A stretch of 64,000 nt of DNA, from positions 516,318 through 580,317 of the forward strand of contig OZ025686.1 of the NCBI GenBank assembly GCA_964019335.1. The letters are read 5' to 3'. Under the pieces are notes generated by a model that made no database searches, was not told where the DNA came from, and was given only the letters and a program-made list of their open reading frames with translations. The position numbers were made by a program, and so were the translations under genes. Positions within the stretch are counted from its first letter, which is position 1. Each line of letters opens with the position of its first letter. Source of the DNA: Diplonema japonicum. Its lineage: Eukaryota > Protista > Euglenozoa: Diplonemea. Shown in pieces: positions 12,057-22,976 of this stretch.

Positions 12057-13340
12057 ATGCTCCGGGGACTATGCGCGAGTAAGAAATGTGCAGTGTTTCG
12101 GGGTACCCTTCGCATCACGCGCAGATACAATGGAGACATCTCCAGCAAGAGCACGAACAGTGCCGCTCCTGATGCATGTGAACGGGTTACCAAGGTTGGT
12201 GCTGTGGCAAACGTTGCCCTGTGTGGGATTAAGGGTGTGGCTGGTGTTGTGGGGAATAGCAGTGCGATGGTGGCCGATGCTGTGCACTCTTTGGGCGATC
12301 TGGTGTCCGACGCCGTTACTTTAGGAGCCCTGCGCTACGCAAGAGAACCTCCGAGTGCAACTTTCCCCTTCGGGAGAGGGAAAGTGGAGAGTCTCGGTGC
12401 CCTTACCGTGTCTGGGCTGCTGATTGGCACGAGTGTCAGCATCGCGCAGTTCTCATACTCATCCTTCTTGGCTTCGCAGGCACATGTTGTGGGACCTGTG
12501 GCACTGGTGTGTGCAGCTATCTCGGTAGTGACGAAGGAGTTCCTGTACCGCATCACCGTGAAGGCAGGCAAGGCGGCCAACTCACAAGTGACGGTAGCAA
12601 ATGCACACCACCACAGGTCCGATGCGTACTCCTCTGTTGTGGCCATCGTCGGCATCGGGGGCAACATGATGGGCTACTCTTTCTTGGACCCCCTCGCGGG
12701 TGGGATAGTGGCACTCATGATCTTGAAGACAGGTATCGAGATAGGAGCCACGTCTGTGAAGGACCTCATCGACGTGGGGACACCCATTGACGACCTGGAC
12801 CCGGAGCTCATGGAGAAGGTCACGGAGATTGGGAACAAGTACGGGGCAAAGATACCCAGGGAGCAGATGATGGTGCGGGCCATGGGCCCCTTTTATTCAT
12901 TACACCTCGTCATGCAGCTGAAGTCGGTCGCTACTATTTCAGTCGCGTCGCAGCTAGCTGCTACTATCAAGAGTGATATTCTTAACTCCTGTGAGGAGAT
13001 CCAGCAGGTGTACATATCGTCAGTGCCTGTTGAGGATGCGAACCTGACGAAGGCGAGATCGATGCCGCTGCCGAGCGTGTTGCGCGAAGAAGTGATGAAG
13101 GTGGTGGATGGGATACCTGAGGTGCTCAGTGTGACGCATTTCACACCACATTACCTATCGGGGAAGGTGACTGTCAACCTTGAGGTGATCATGGATCCCT
13201 CGACAATCACCACCACGAAAGAAGCAGCTGCTGTTGCTAGAAAAGCCGAATCTGCCATCCTCAAAACTGTGCCCTCAGTGAACCATGTAGACATGCACCT
13301 CGAGCTGCGCAACTTCAAGCAAGTTTGCCACGATTTCTAA
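12057..13340 (+). CDS. Cation diffusion facilitator (FieF/MMT1-like) metal transporter, probable mitochondrial presequence
   Basis: Motifs ADAVHSLGD, FPFGRGKVE, ANAHHHRSDA and LDPLAG, with tandem C-terminal dimerisation-like domains. Basic N-terminus MLRGLCASKK. An alternative ATG lies at 12021. Confidence 0.88.
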   Translation: MLRGLCASKKCAVFRGTLRITRRYNGDISSKSTNSAAPDACERVTKVGAVANVALCGIKGVAGVVGNSSAMVADAVHSLGDLVSDAVTLGALRYAREPPSATFPFGRGKVESLGALTVSGLLIGTSVSIAQFSYSSFLASQAHVVGPVALVCAAISVVTKEFLYRITVKAGKAANSQVTVANAHHHRSDAYSSVVAIVGIGGNMMGYSFLDPLAGGIVALMILKTGIEIGATSVKDLIDVGTPIDDLDPELMEKVTEIGNKYGAKIPREQMMVRAMGPFYSLHLVMQLKSVATISVASQLAATIKSDILNSCEEIQQVYISSVPVEDANLTKARSMPLPSVLREEVMKVVDGIPEVLSVTHFTPHYLSGKVTVNLEVIMDPSTITTTKEAAAVARKAESAILKTVPSVNHVDMHLELRNFKQVCHDF

Positions 13341-13458
13341 TCATCATAGAGAGTTTTGAGTTTTCTGCATTTTTTTTTCTGGACTTCGTTTTGTTTCGTA
13401 CTCCTCTCCACCCTTTCTTGTCACCTTGCGTAACCCTCCAGTCTTTCAGGAAGCAAAA

Positions 13459-13675
13459 ATGGGCGCGATCAAAACCCTCACCGAGAAACTTCACTACGCG
13501 AAGAAGATGAAAGTGAACAGGCCCGTGCCTTGGTATGCCTTGCGTTGTTGTTCCTTTTTATGTCAACTTCCTTCTTTTTCTTTTTTTATACAGGTTCAGC
13601 CGTTTCAAAACCGGGAAGAGCATCAAGTGGAACAGCAAGAGGAGACACTGGAGGCGTACCAAGTTGAGGATGTGA
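13459..13675 (+). CDS. RPL39: 60S ribosomal protein L39 (eL39); intron 13533-13593
   Basis: Spliced product [51 protein letters not shown] contains the eL39 signatures NRPVP.W and [10 protein letters not shown]. Confidence 0.93.
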
Positions 13676-13946
13676 GCTGGCCATGTTGTGCTATCACTGC
13701 AATGCTGAATCAAGTTCCTTTTCATTTTTTACTTTTTATTTCTTGAGTGTATTTCTTCAATTGCGTCTGTGTTCCCTTACTTTCGGTGGATCCGCTCTTT
13801 CGTCGTAGCATTCTGGCTGCTTATGTACCCTGATTTCTGTAGGGCATCTTTGCTTCATGAAGCAGATAAAAAAATCAGAAAGAAGTAGACGCTGAACACA
13901 ACAGACACTATAAAAAAAAAGAGGGGAGTAAAAAAAAAACAATGCG

Positions 13947-16900
13947 ATGAAGACACTAACAGCAGCACTAATAGTCATTTGGCTCTTCCAGGGCCTTGAC
14001 GCGCAGCCCTCAGTGACAGGTATTAGCAGTGGCTCGTGTAGCGGTACGAGCCCTGCCCTTACCGGTTGCAGCTGCAACCCCACTATAACTGTACTAGGGC
14101 TTTTCTCCACAACGCCTGGTGTCGTGAGCGTTGGTTTCACACCATCTATGGGGGCTGGTGGGATGCTGGCATGCACTCCGATGGTCTCAGCAGGAGGCAC
14201 GCAAGTCGTCTGTCCCATAGTCACGACAGGCATTCCCACAGGAGTGTGGCAGATCACCGTTTTCGAGACCGTCGGTGCCGTGACCACCCCTAACACAGGC
14301 ATCACAGTGAGCGTTTCTTTTGATGCTGCTATAGTCACGTCAGTGTCGACGCCTGCCTGTAACCTTGACCTAACTGGCTGCCTGCCATCTGTCGCCGCCG
14401 ACCTTCTCACCATCACAGGCGAGAACTTCAACGTAAACTGCTTGGGAGGCCCGCCCGTGGTGAGTTTCAATCCAGCGGGACCTGTATGTACAAATGTCGT
14501 TGTGCTGTCTTCTACTAGTATCTCGTGCGATCTGACGAAGACTCCCGGTCCCGACACAGGGAGCGCTACCACCCACTCCGTCATCGTGGATAACGGCATC
14601 GGTGTGAGCACGGCTTTGCCAGCAGCCACTCTGCGATACGACTTGCCAGTCGTGACCTCTCTCTCTGCACCGTTGTGCATCAGTGGGATCCCTACAGCTC
14701 TGTCTGGGTGTTCAACAAACAACAACGGCGGTGGTAAAGCTGGAGTCTCCGCACCTGGCCCTGCCCTCCTAAACACGGCAGGTTCAATGCTACAGATCAC
14801 AGGTTCTAACTTCAACTTCGCGCGCGGGATGCCTGCCACGTCGCCCTACGCTTCGGTCATCATCCAAAACAGCGCTGGTGTTGCAATCCCGTGCCAGCCA
14901 ATCATGACGACAGTTACCAGAACAGGCCTCACGTGCAGCCTCCAGGTTCCAGACAGTCCTGCACTCTCACCCGACACTTACACGGTACGGGTCGGCAACG
15001 GAGTCGGTGGCAGCATCCTCAACACCTTGACGATGACATGGGGTGGTGCTACTCTGAGTGGGCTGTCAAGTGCCATCTGCCCAACAGGCACAGACGGCCT
15101 CAACAGGGTGTGCCAGGACCTTTCCACTGCAGGAGTGGCACTTACTATTGCAGGGGCGAACTTCGCAAAAGGCTACGACTCGTGCAGCATTCCACTCACC
15201 TATCCTCCGTGCACCGTGCCTGAAGTAACGTTCATTTCACAAAGCGGCAACCAAGTAGTGCCTGTGTGTGAGCCTGGGGTTACAGCTTCAGTTTCAGCCA
15301 CGGCAGTGACGTGTTTCCTGCAGCAAGGCGGACCAGCGAACGACCAACCGCCGGGGGGCCTTTACCAAGTGCAGGTTGTGCAGAACGGTGTTACGAGCAA
15401 CGTGGGCACTCTCACCTTCCCTCTCAGCCCTGTAATATCATCCATCCAGCCATGCGGGTCGCAGGCTACACCCTGTTCCAATGGCGACGTGATCACCATC
15501 ACTGGAAACTTCTTCGCAACGCCGTCAGGAAATACAGTGAGTTTCGCGGGGTCGGGTGTACCTCCTAACTGTGCAACGCTGACTGCAGTGTCGGCTACAA
15601 CCCTCACGTGTGTTGTAAATGCGCCTGTTGGGTCCACTGGTGCATGGCGGACGTCAGTTGCTGTGACTGGACAAGCAGCTGCTTGCGTGGACCCTCAGAT
15701 GTGCATGGTGTACGTCATACAAGACCCACCCGTCGTCACCAGCGTGTCGTCTCCAGCATGTGCGCTCCAGTCAGCTGGTCCGCCGGTTGTGTTGGACAGC
15801 TGTTCGCAAGGGCTTGTGACTATAACCGGTAGAAACTTCTACCCTACAGATGCCACCATGAATAACGTAGTGTTCACTTCGACGGGTGGTAGTGGTCCCG
15901 CACCGGTATGCAGCGTCATTCAAGTATCCTCTGGTGGGGATCAAATCATTTGCGATCTGGATGTTAACACCGCAACAACAGGCCCGTGGGGCTTGCAGGT
16001 GGATGTGAATGGTGCCTCGTCTGCTGCCCCCCCACAAGCACCCGTCCTCATTGTCACGTCTGGGAACAGAAATCCCACCTACACCCCGGGCAGTACAGTT
16101 ATGGTTTGTGAGGACTCAGGCTCTATGATACAGCAGGCGTGGTTGACCAACATCGATGACGGGAACCAAGGGACTCAAGGCCTGCGATGCGAGATCACTC
16201 AAGCGGTCAACAGCTCCGCTGTTGGGACGCCGCCTTCTCCGATCTGCGTGATCAACCAGCTCACGAAAACAGCTGACCTGTACATCACACCCGGTCCTGA
16301 TGTGTATGGTACCTTTTACTACAACGTACGTCTCATAGACGACGGTACCACTGGGCCCTGCTCACCCGCCCCGTGTACACCCTGCAACCCAGCAGCAACG
16401 TGCGAGGCGTCAACAATCACTACATTTTCCATCATAGTGCTTCCTGTCAACGACCCCCCTAGCTTTGTCTGTGGTGGCGGCATCTCAGTAGCAGAGGACC
16501 AAGGCAGACAGGTGCGACCGGGATTCTTCACTAACGTCACTCCTGGCGGGATTGAAGAAACCCAGCAGATCATCACGTGGCAAGTGACCACAACAAACGA
16601 TGGACTGTTCTCGCTGCCGCCTGCTGTCACGTACTCCACTGTGAACAGTGCTGCCAACACTGCAGGGTTGGAATTCTCTGTAAAAAGCAACGCATGCGGC
16701 TCGGCGGTGGTGACTGTGATCGCAGTGGACAACAACAATAACCAGAATGCGATCTTCTCGAACGACATCGCGCTGACACCCTACGAGCGCACAAGGGGCA
16801 CTACCTACGTGAAAGACGGACAAGTCGTGAACACCTGCACTCACTTCACCACGTCGCAGTCCTGCAGCTTTACTATCTCTGTGTCGTGTCAGAATGATGC

Positions 16901-19900
16901 CCCCACCTTCCTGATGGGCCCCTCACCAGTCACCATGCAGGAAGACGATCTAAAGGGTTTTCAGTACACAACATGGGCGCGAAACTCATCTGGTGGTGCT
17001 GGTGAGAACACGCCTCAATCCGAGCTGAGCTACAATGTATTTCTGGTGGATCCCTTCCACAAAGACTTATTCACTGTGCAACCACACATCACGCAAACTG
17101 GTGACCTAAAGTTCAAAGCTGCACCCAATGCCCACACAGTGAACAAGAGGGTTCTAGCTGCCGTGCAGCTCCAAGATTCTTCTGGCGGCTTCTCGTGCGA
17201 CGTGTTCGTGGTGTGCCCAATGCCCACATGCTGCCCGGAGTTCGAGATCATCATCACTCCTGTCAATGACCCTCCAACTTTCTCGTCTGGAGGCGACATT
17301 CAGGTGTACGAGGACGGTGGTCGCAGTGTGACACAAAACTGGGCCACTGAGATCAGTGTCGGCCCTGAGAACGAAGGGACGTCGAGTATCACCTTTGAGC
17401 AGCAGGTGTCGACATTTGTGTTTGAAGCAACCGACCAGTCGCTGTTTTCCGTGCAGCCGCAGCTGATACAGACGTGTGGCGCTGTGGACCAGCGGGGCAC
17501 CATCTGCGTAGGCACGCTCACTTTCACGCCTGTTGCCAACCGTTCGGGCACCACAACTGTGAAGGTTACACAAAAGGACACAGGCAGGTCTCTTGCAAGA
17601 GACGGCTCTACACCGGTGCCTGGAGCTGATGGAAGCAACGAGAACCTCCCCTCCTGGTTCACGATAGTTGTGCATGCCATCAACGACGCCCCGTACTTCG
17701 CCCCTCTACCTTCTCCCCTCATCGTTGATGAAGACTCGGATGAGTATTTTGTGCAGAACTGGATCCCCAGCGTCTCCCCGGGGCCTGCCGACGAAGCTGG
17801 ACAGTTCTTAAGCTTCAGTACCACCACAAGCAATCCAGGGCTCTTCGAAGTTGCGCCTATCGTGAAGATGAGTTCGCAGAGCACTGCTTCACTGAGATTC
17901 AAACTAAAGCCGCAGGCTGTTGGCACTGCGACAGTGACTGTGACGCTCACAGATGATGGAGGTACCCTGAATGGAGGGGTGAACCAGATGAGAAGAGAGT
18001 TCGTTATTGTAGTTAATGCAGTCAACGATGCTCCGTCGTTCACCAGCGGCCCGAGCATCACCATACTGGAGGACAGTGCACTGCGTGGTTTCACTTTTCC
18101 TTCGTGGGCCACGGCCATCTCGGCAGGTGGTGGAGGGAATGAAATTGGGCAGGTTCTTGAGTTCAACCTCGTTGCAAGCGGCGGCACTGCACTGTTTAGC
18201 AACCCGCCTGAGATCAACGCGTTGGGTGCTTTGTCCTTCTCAACGACAAAAGATGGCTTTGGTGTATCATCGGTGTCTGTGAGCCTTTCTGACAATGGAG
18301 CCCCCCCGCAGACTGTTATGGGCAGCCCCTTCAGCATCACTGTCACACCGGTCAACGACGCTCCAACCTTCACACCTGGCCCTGACATTACCGTTGCTGA
18401 GTGTGTGAATCCTAACCCTGACGAGCCGTGCCCTTCCGCATGGGCCAACTGGGCACAAAATATTTCGCCAGGTCCCAGCAACGAGGCCGCGCAGTCTGTG
18501 TGGTTTGAAGTGGACACCATCACGCCAGAAGTGTTCGCTGTGATGCCAACTATTGACAACCAGACCGGTACCCTTGTTTTCTCCTTGAAGCCCCGGATGA
18601 ATAAGGACTCTGTAATCCAGTTGAACGTGAGATTGAAGGACAACGGGGGAACGCAGGATGGTGGAGTCGACACAACCACGCACACACTGCTGCTGCTAGT
18701 GAATCCAGTGAACTCGCCACCGTACTTCAAGACAGGTGCATCCCTCGTCATCAAGGAGGACACACCCAGGTCTTTTGTCAGCGGATGGGCACAGAACATT
18801 TCAGCAGGCGGCCCTGACGAGGTGGGGCAAGCGCTCACATTCACGATCGAGACGACACCAAATAACGCTTTTGTGCAGGGCAGCCCGTCTATAAACCCTT
18901 TCTCGGGGGATCTCATGTACGAGGTAGCACCGGACTTCAATGGGCTGGTTACTGTGCTCATAAGTCTCACAGACGGTGAGATGACTTATAAGCAAGCGTC
19001 TATCTGGGAAGTGTTGCCTGTGAATGACCCACCTTACCTTAAGCAGAACGGGGTAAGTAGTTTAACAGTACTGGAGAACGAAGGCTTTCAAACAAGACGA
19101 TGGGCACCTCCTGACGCTGGGTCCGCAGGTCCGCCTGACGAAGAGGCCGTGCAGATGTGGTGGTACACAACTACAACTGACAATCCTGAATTGTTTGATG
19201 TGCAGCCAACTGTCCACAAGAATGGCAGCATGACCTTCCAAGTAAAGGACAACCTCTCCGGTGTGACTAGGGTGTGGGTGCAACTGGAGGACAACGGAGG
19301 TGGCCTTACTGACAAGTCTCCTCAGTACGAAGTGACATTTACCATCACACCTGTAAATTCACCACCTTCATTTGTCCCTGGCAGTGATGTGACTGTGTGG
19401 GAGGACTACGGCACTGTTGTTATTCTGTCATGGGCAAAGGCTATTGTCCCCGGACCTGGCGATGAGTTGCTATCTCAGACAGCAAGCTTCCGTGTATCAG
19501 CAAGCAAGCCCTTCCTTTTTGAGTTCCTACCGACCATAAATCGAGCGGGTGACCTGAACTTCACCACAGGCCAGGACCAGTACGGCGAGACAGACGTGAC
19601 AATCATTCTCGAGGACTCCGAGGGCTCTTCTGCGACACCTGTCATCTTCAAGATCCGCATAGAAGCCGTGAATGACCCCCCGACATTTATCTCAGGTCCT
19701 GTTGTTCGGCTTTCTGAGGATGACCAAACGCAGCGATTCCCTGGGTGGGCAACCCAGGTTGCTCCAGGTCCTGAAAACGAGCTTTTGCAGACACTCAGTT
19801 TCACAGTCACCACCGACAACCCTTCGCTGTTCGAGAGAGAGCCTTCAGTGCTTGGCGGAAGCGGTGACCTCGAGTGGAAGCTTGCGCCAGACCAATACGG

Positions 19901-22874
19901 CATCGCAGTGGGGGAGGTGTGTCTTGGAGACTCAGGTGGTGTGGCTGTTCCAGGAAGAGACCAGAACAAAACCTGCCGTGGCATCAGATTCGAGGTGACT
20001 AGCGTCAATGACCCGCCGAGGTTCTCGCCCAACGCGGAAATACAAGTTTTGGAGGACTCGGGTGCTGCCGTCATGCGCGGCTGGGGAAAGGCTATCATGC
20101 CTGGCCCTGAAAATGAAAACGAGCAGACTCTTAAAGTACTGAGTATCAAGCTCACATCGTCACAGAGCGCGTTACTGGACCTCCCTGTACTTAATAGCAT
20201 AACTGGTGATCTCACCTTCTCCACTAAACCCGATGCCAGCGGAACTGCACTGTTCGAGATACGCATCGAGGACTCGGAAGGTGCCCTTACGGTAGCAAAT
20301 TTCCAGATCACAGTGCTACCAGTGAACGACCCCCCTGTGTTCACTGCCTCAGCTGTGGTCACGGTGCAGGAGACTTCAGGTGGTGTCAGCTACAACGAGG
20401 TGTGGGCTCGAAACATCAGACCCGGGCCTACTGATGAGATGGGTCAGGCTCTTGCATTCCTAGTAGAAGAAGTTGAAGGGACTCAACTGTTGGAAAACTT
20501 TGCTATAACACCAGAAGGTGTGCTCTCGTTCACGCCTGTGGCGTACGCCTATGGTGTGGCGCACTACTATATCACCCTGCGGGACGACGGTGGGAGGGAG
20601 AACAACGGCATTGACAGGGCAGAGAGATTCTACCTCACTATAAACATTGAAGCTGTAAACAACCCACCTTCCGTGACGGCCACACTGTCCATTGAGATCC
20701 CTGAGGACAGCCCCAGGCAGGTTGTGAACCAATGGGGCACTAATCTTGCTGCCGGTCCACACCCAAACGAAGCCAACCAAGCCGTAGGCGTCAGGGTGGA
20801 GGCGGAGCCTGTGCTGTACAGGGAAGGTTCTGTGGTGACAGCCGACATCTGGGCTGAACGGCCTTGGTTCGAGGTGGTCAATAGCACGAAAGAGGTGACG
20901 TTGTATTTTCATGTTAAGGAGAATATTTATGGTGACATCCAATTCCCATTTGTGGTTTACGACAGTGGCGGGGCCGCCTCGGAGGTACAGACAATGGTTA
21001 TAAAAGTGCTTGCTCGGAACGATCCCCCTGTCCTGTTGCACACGGAGGTAATAGAGACCACCGAAGACGCTGGCCCTGTCGTGGTGCCATTCATAACCAA
21101 ACTAACACCCGGTGTGGGCGAGGAAGAGATGCAAGAGACGACTGTCAGTGTCGAGCTTGTAAACCCAGAAGTGGGAGATATCCTGTTTAGTTCTCTCCCT
21201 GTCTTGTCGGGGAGCGACCTCCTCTTTACTACTAAAAGAGACAAACACGGCACTGCAGAGGTGCGCATTACAGTGAGGGATTCCTGGACACCATCACCAG
21301 CTGTTACTACAGGCATCGCAACTATCAAGGTCATGCCTGTTAATGACAAGCCGTGCTTCACGGTTGGTGCTCCCGTCTCTGTTGTGCAGGGAGGGGAACA
21401 AACTATTATATCTGCATGGGCTACTAACCCTTGCTTAGGACCAGCAGATGAGGCACTCACGCAAACCTTGAGCTACTCGGTCCTGGTCAATGATACTATA
21501 AAAGCGCAAAGTTATTTTTTGGCAGAACCCACCATCGCGTACCCCAGCGGGGACCTGCAGTTCAGTCTAAACCCTAATGTTGTTGTACCGCAAGCCGTCT
21601 CGTTGGTAATGCCCGTCTACGCGCAGGACACAGGCGGTGTGGAGTACGGGGGTGTAGACAGGTCGGACATGCAGCTGCTGGTCGTCATCATCAATCCTAT
21701 TGTGACTGGTCCGCAGTTCACAGCGATCGACACAGTGATCGAGGTGACCACTGCTGTCCCTGGCTACAGTAAGCAGTGGGTCAGCAGCATGACGAATGTG
21801 CTGTCATACGGTGTTGCTGTCGACAACCCTAGCATGTTCGTGCCTAGTAAACTGCCCGTGTTAAGCTATCCCGATGGTGTCCTGAGCTTCACCACCACTG
21901 GACAGCCCGGGGAAGTAAGTGTACTTATTACACCTTATGGTACAGGAGGCATTGAGGGCACGCCTGTGCGGCTGACAATCAGAGTTGTCGGCGAGGGAAA
22001 GATTGTCTTCACGGTGACATCTGGGGCGAAGCTGGACCCTGCACGATTCAAGGTCGTGCTGTCGTCGCTTCTGCCCTCGTCGACGGACCCAGAGGGGGAC
22101 ATCACCATCCTGGAGCAGAGCAATGCTCAACCCTACAATCTACGCTTTACCCTACGCAACAAGGTCCTGGAACAAGAGTTCATCGCGATGATGAAAACAG
22201 AGAACGGTAGAAACAGCCTTAGAGTGCTGCTGGGCATCACGAATACTGCGTGGGCAGACCCCTCGACTCCAGGCACGCCAACGAACACGACGCCGCCACT
22301 GCAGAGCTCCTCAGGCGGTAGTGGGATGTCATCTGGAGAGGTGGCGAGCATTGTGGTTCCTGTGTTGGTGGTTGTTGGCATCCTCGTTGCCCTTGGGTGG
22401 GTCCTTGCCAGGAGGATGAGGAACAAAGCCAAGAGTGACGCGGAGCAGGCAGAACATGACACATATGGTGAGCAGACTGTGGTGCACACGCATCCTAAGC
22501 TTGCTGCACCGCCTACGCCGCATTTGCCGTATCCACTAGTAAAGGCGAATCCCTTGGATGATTTGGATTTATATGCCAACGAGAAAAGCAAATCGGTCTC
22601 AAGTAATGAAGTACTGCCCGCAGGGACAGTGGTAGGCTTGGTGGTCGCAGATGTCGTTAGCAGTATGTTACCTGAGAAGGAAAACCCCTTGCTGGTGGAC
22701 GACTCAGGCACTGCCGAAAGAGAGGGGGACAATACTCCAAACGTGGAAACGGGGCAAGACGAACACACCGAAGAGAGCGAAGCGGAGATCCATGTATTTG
22801 AAGATGATGAGGCCGAGGAAGAAGTGGTTATCACCGACGAAGACGTGCCTGAAGAGGAAATAGTGATACAGTAG
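13947..22874 (+). CDS. Giant type I surface protein: signal peptide, ~6 IPT/TIG-like domains, ~15 cadherin-like/Ig-like (VNDxP) repeats, TM helix, acidic tail
   Basis: Intronless 2975-aa ORF with ITGxNF motifs, repeated VND(A/P)PxF..G..V.ED..W...I..GP..E..Q units, and TM segment IVVPVLVVVGILVALGWVLA followed by RRMR. Confidence 0.85.
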   Translation: MKTLTAALIVIWLFQGLDAQPSVTGISSGSCSGTSPALTGCSCNPTITVLGLFSTTPGVVSVGFTPSMGAGGMLACTPMVSAGGTQVVCPIVTTGIPTGVWQITVFETVGAVTTPNTGITVSVSFDAAIVTSVSTPACNLDLTGCLPSVAADLLTITGENFNVNCLGGPPVVSFNPAGPVCTNVVVLSSTSISCDLTKTPGPDTGSATTHSVIVDNGIGVSTALPAATLRYDLPVVTSLSAPLCISGIPTALSGCSTNNNGGGKAGVSAPGPALLNTAGSMLQITGSNFNFARGMPATSPYASVIIQNSAGVAIPCQPIMTTVTRTGLTCSLQVPDSPALSPDTYTVRVGNGVGGSILNTLTMTWGGATLSGLSSAICPTGTDGLNRVCQDLSTAGVALTIAGANFAKGYDSCSIPLTYPPCTVPEVTFISQSGNQVVPVCEPGVTASVSATAVTCFLQQGGPANDQPPGGLYQVQVVQNGVTSNVGTLTFPLSPVISSIQPCGSQATPCSNGDVITITGNFFATPSGNTVSFAGSGVPPNCATLTAVSATTLTCVVNAPVGSTGAWRTSVAVTGQAAACVDPQMCMVYVIQDPPVVTSVSSPACALQSAGPPVVLDSCSQGLVTITGRNFYPTDATMNNVVFTSTGGSGPAPVCSVIQVSSGGDQIICDLDVNTATTGPWGLQVDVNGASSAAPPQAPVLIVTSGNRNPTYTPGSTVMVCEDSGSMIQQAWLTNIDDGNQGTQGLRCEITQAVNSSAVGTPPSPICVINQLTKTADLYITPGPDVYGTFYYNVRLIDDGTTGPCSPAPCTPCNPAATCEASTITTFSIIVLPVNDPPSFVCGGGISVAEDQGRQVRPGFFTNVTPGGIEETQQIITWQVTTTNDGLFSLPPAVTYSTVNSAANTAGLEFSVKSNACGSAVVTVIAVDNNNNQNAIFSNDIALTPYERTRGTTYVKDGQVVNTCTHFTTSQSCSFTISVSCQNDAPTFLMGPSPVTMQEDDLKGFQYTTWARNSSGGAGENTPQSELSYNVFLVDPFHKDLFTVQPHITQTGDLKFKAAPNAHTVNKRVLAAVQLQDSSGGFSCDVFVVCPMPTCCPEFEIIITPVNDPPTFSSGGDIQVYEDGGRSVTQNWATEISVGPENEGTSSITFEQQVSTFVFEATDQSLFSVQPQLIQTCGAVDQRGTICVGTLTFTPVANRSGTTTVKVTQKDTGRSLARDGSTPVPGADGSNENLPSWFTIVVHAINDAPYFAPLPSPLIVDEDSDEYFVQNWIPSVSPGPADEAGQFLSFSTTTSNPGLFEVAPIVKMSSQSTASLRFKLKPQAVGTATVTVTLTDDGGTLNGGVNQMRREFVIVVNAVNDAPSFTSGPSITILEDSALRGFTFPSWATAISAGGGGNEIGQVLEFNLVASGGTALFSNPPEINALGALSFSTTKDGFGVSSVSVSLSDNGAPPQTVMGSPFSITVTPVNDAPTFTPGPDITVAECVNPNPDEPCPSAWANWAQNISPGPSNEAAQSVWFEVDTITPEVFAVMPTIDNQTGTLVFSLKPRMNKDSVIQLNVRLKDNGGTQDGGVDTTTHTLLLLVNPVNSPPYFKTGASLVIKEDTPRSFVSGWAQNISAGGPDEVGQALTFTIETTPNNAFVQGSPSINPFSGDLMYEVAPDFNGLVTVLISLTDGEMTYKQASIWEVLPVNDPPYLKQNGVSSLTVLENEGFQTRRWAPPDAGSAGPPDEEAVQMWWYTTTTDNPELFDVQPTVHKNGSMTFQVKDNLSGVTRVWVQLEDNGGGLTDKSPQYEVTFTITPVNSPPSFVPGSDVTVWEDYGTVVILSWAKAIVPGPGDELLSQTASFRVSASKPFLFEFLPTINRAGDLNFTTGQDQYGETDVTIILEDSEGSSATPVIFKIRIEAVNDPPTFISGPVVRLSEDDQTQRFPGWATQVAPGPENELLQTLSFTVTTDNPSLFEREPSVLGGSGDLEWKLAPDQYGIAVGEVCLGDSGGVAVPGRDQNKTCRGIRFEVTSVNDPPRFSPNAEIQVLEDSGAAVMRGWGKAIMPGPENENEQTLKVLSIKLTSSQSALLDLPVLNSITGDLTFSTKPDASGTALFEIRIEDSEGALTVANFQITVLPVNDPPVFTASAVVTVQETSGGVSYNEVWARNIRPGPTDEMGQALAFLVEEVEGTQLLENFAITPEGVLSFTPVAYAYGVAHYYITLRDDGGRENNGIDRAERFYLTINIEAVNNPPSVTATLSIEIPEDSPRQVVNQWGTNLAAGPHPNEANQAVGVRVEAEPVLYREGSVVTADIWAERPWFEVVNSTKEVTLYFHVKENIYGDIQFPFVVYDSGGAASEVQTMVIKVLARNDPPVLLHTEVIETTEDAGPVVVPFITKLTPGVGEEEMQETTVSVELVNPEVGDILFSSLPVLSGSDLLFTTKRDKHGTAEVRITVRDSWTPSPAVTTGIATIKVMPVNDKPCFTVGAPVSVVQGGEQTIISAWATNPCLGPADEALTQTLSYSVLVNDTIKAQSYFLAEPTIAYPSGDLQFSLNPNVVVPQAVSLVMPVYAQDTGGVEYGGVDRSDMQLLVVIINPIVTGPQFTAIDTVIEVTTAVPGYSKQWVSSMTNVLSYGVAVDNPSMFVPSKLPVLSYPDGVLSFTTTGQPGEVSVLITPYGTGGIEGTPVRLTIRVVGEGKIVFTVTSGAKLDPARFKVVLSSLLPSSTDPEGDITILEQSNAQPYNLRFTLRNKVLEQEFIAMMKTENGRNSLRVLLGITNTAWADPSTPGTPTNTTPPLQSSSGGSGMSSGEVASIVVPVLVVVGILVALGWVLARRMRNKAKSDAEQAEHDTYGEQTVVHTHPKLAAPPTPHLPYPLVKANPLDDLDLYANEKSKSVSSNEVLPAGTVVGLVVADVVSSMLPEKENPLLVDDSGTAEREGDNTPNVETGQDEHTEESEAEIHVFEDDEAEEEVVITDEDVPEEEIVIQ

Positions 22875-22976
22875 ATGCTAGATACTCTTGTTGTCAGTTT
22901 TAGATTAGATATTTGTTTTAGAGTTGCTTGTTGTCATTCTTTCATTTTACTTGCTTGCATACCATCCAGGCTTAAC

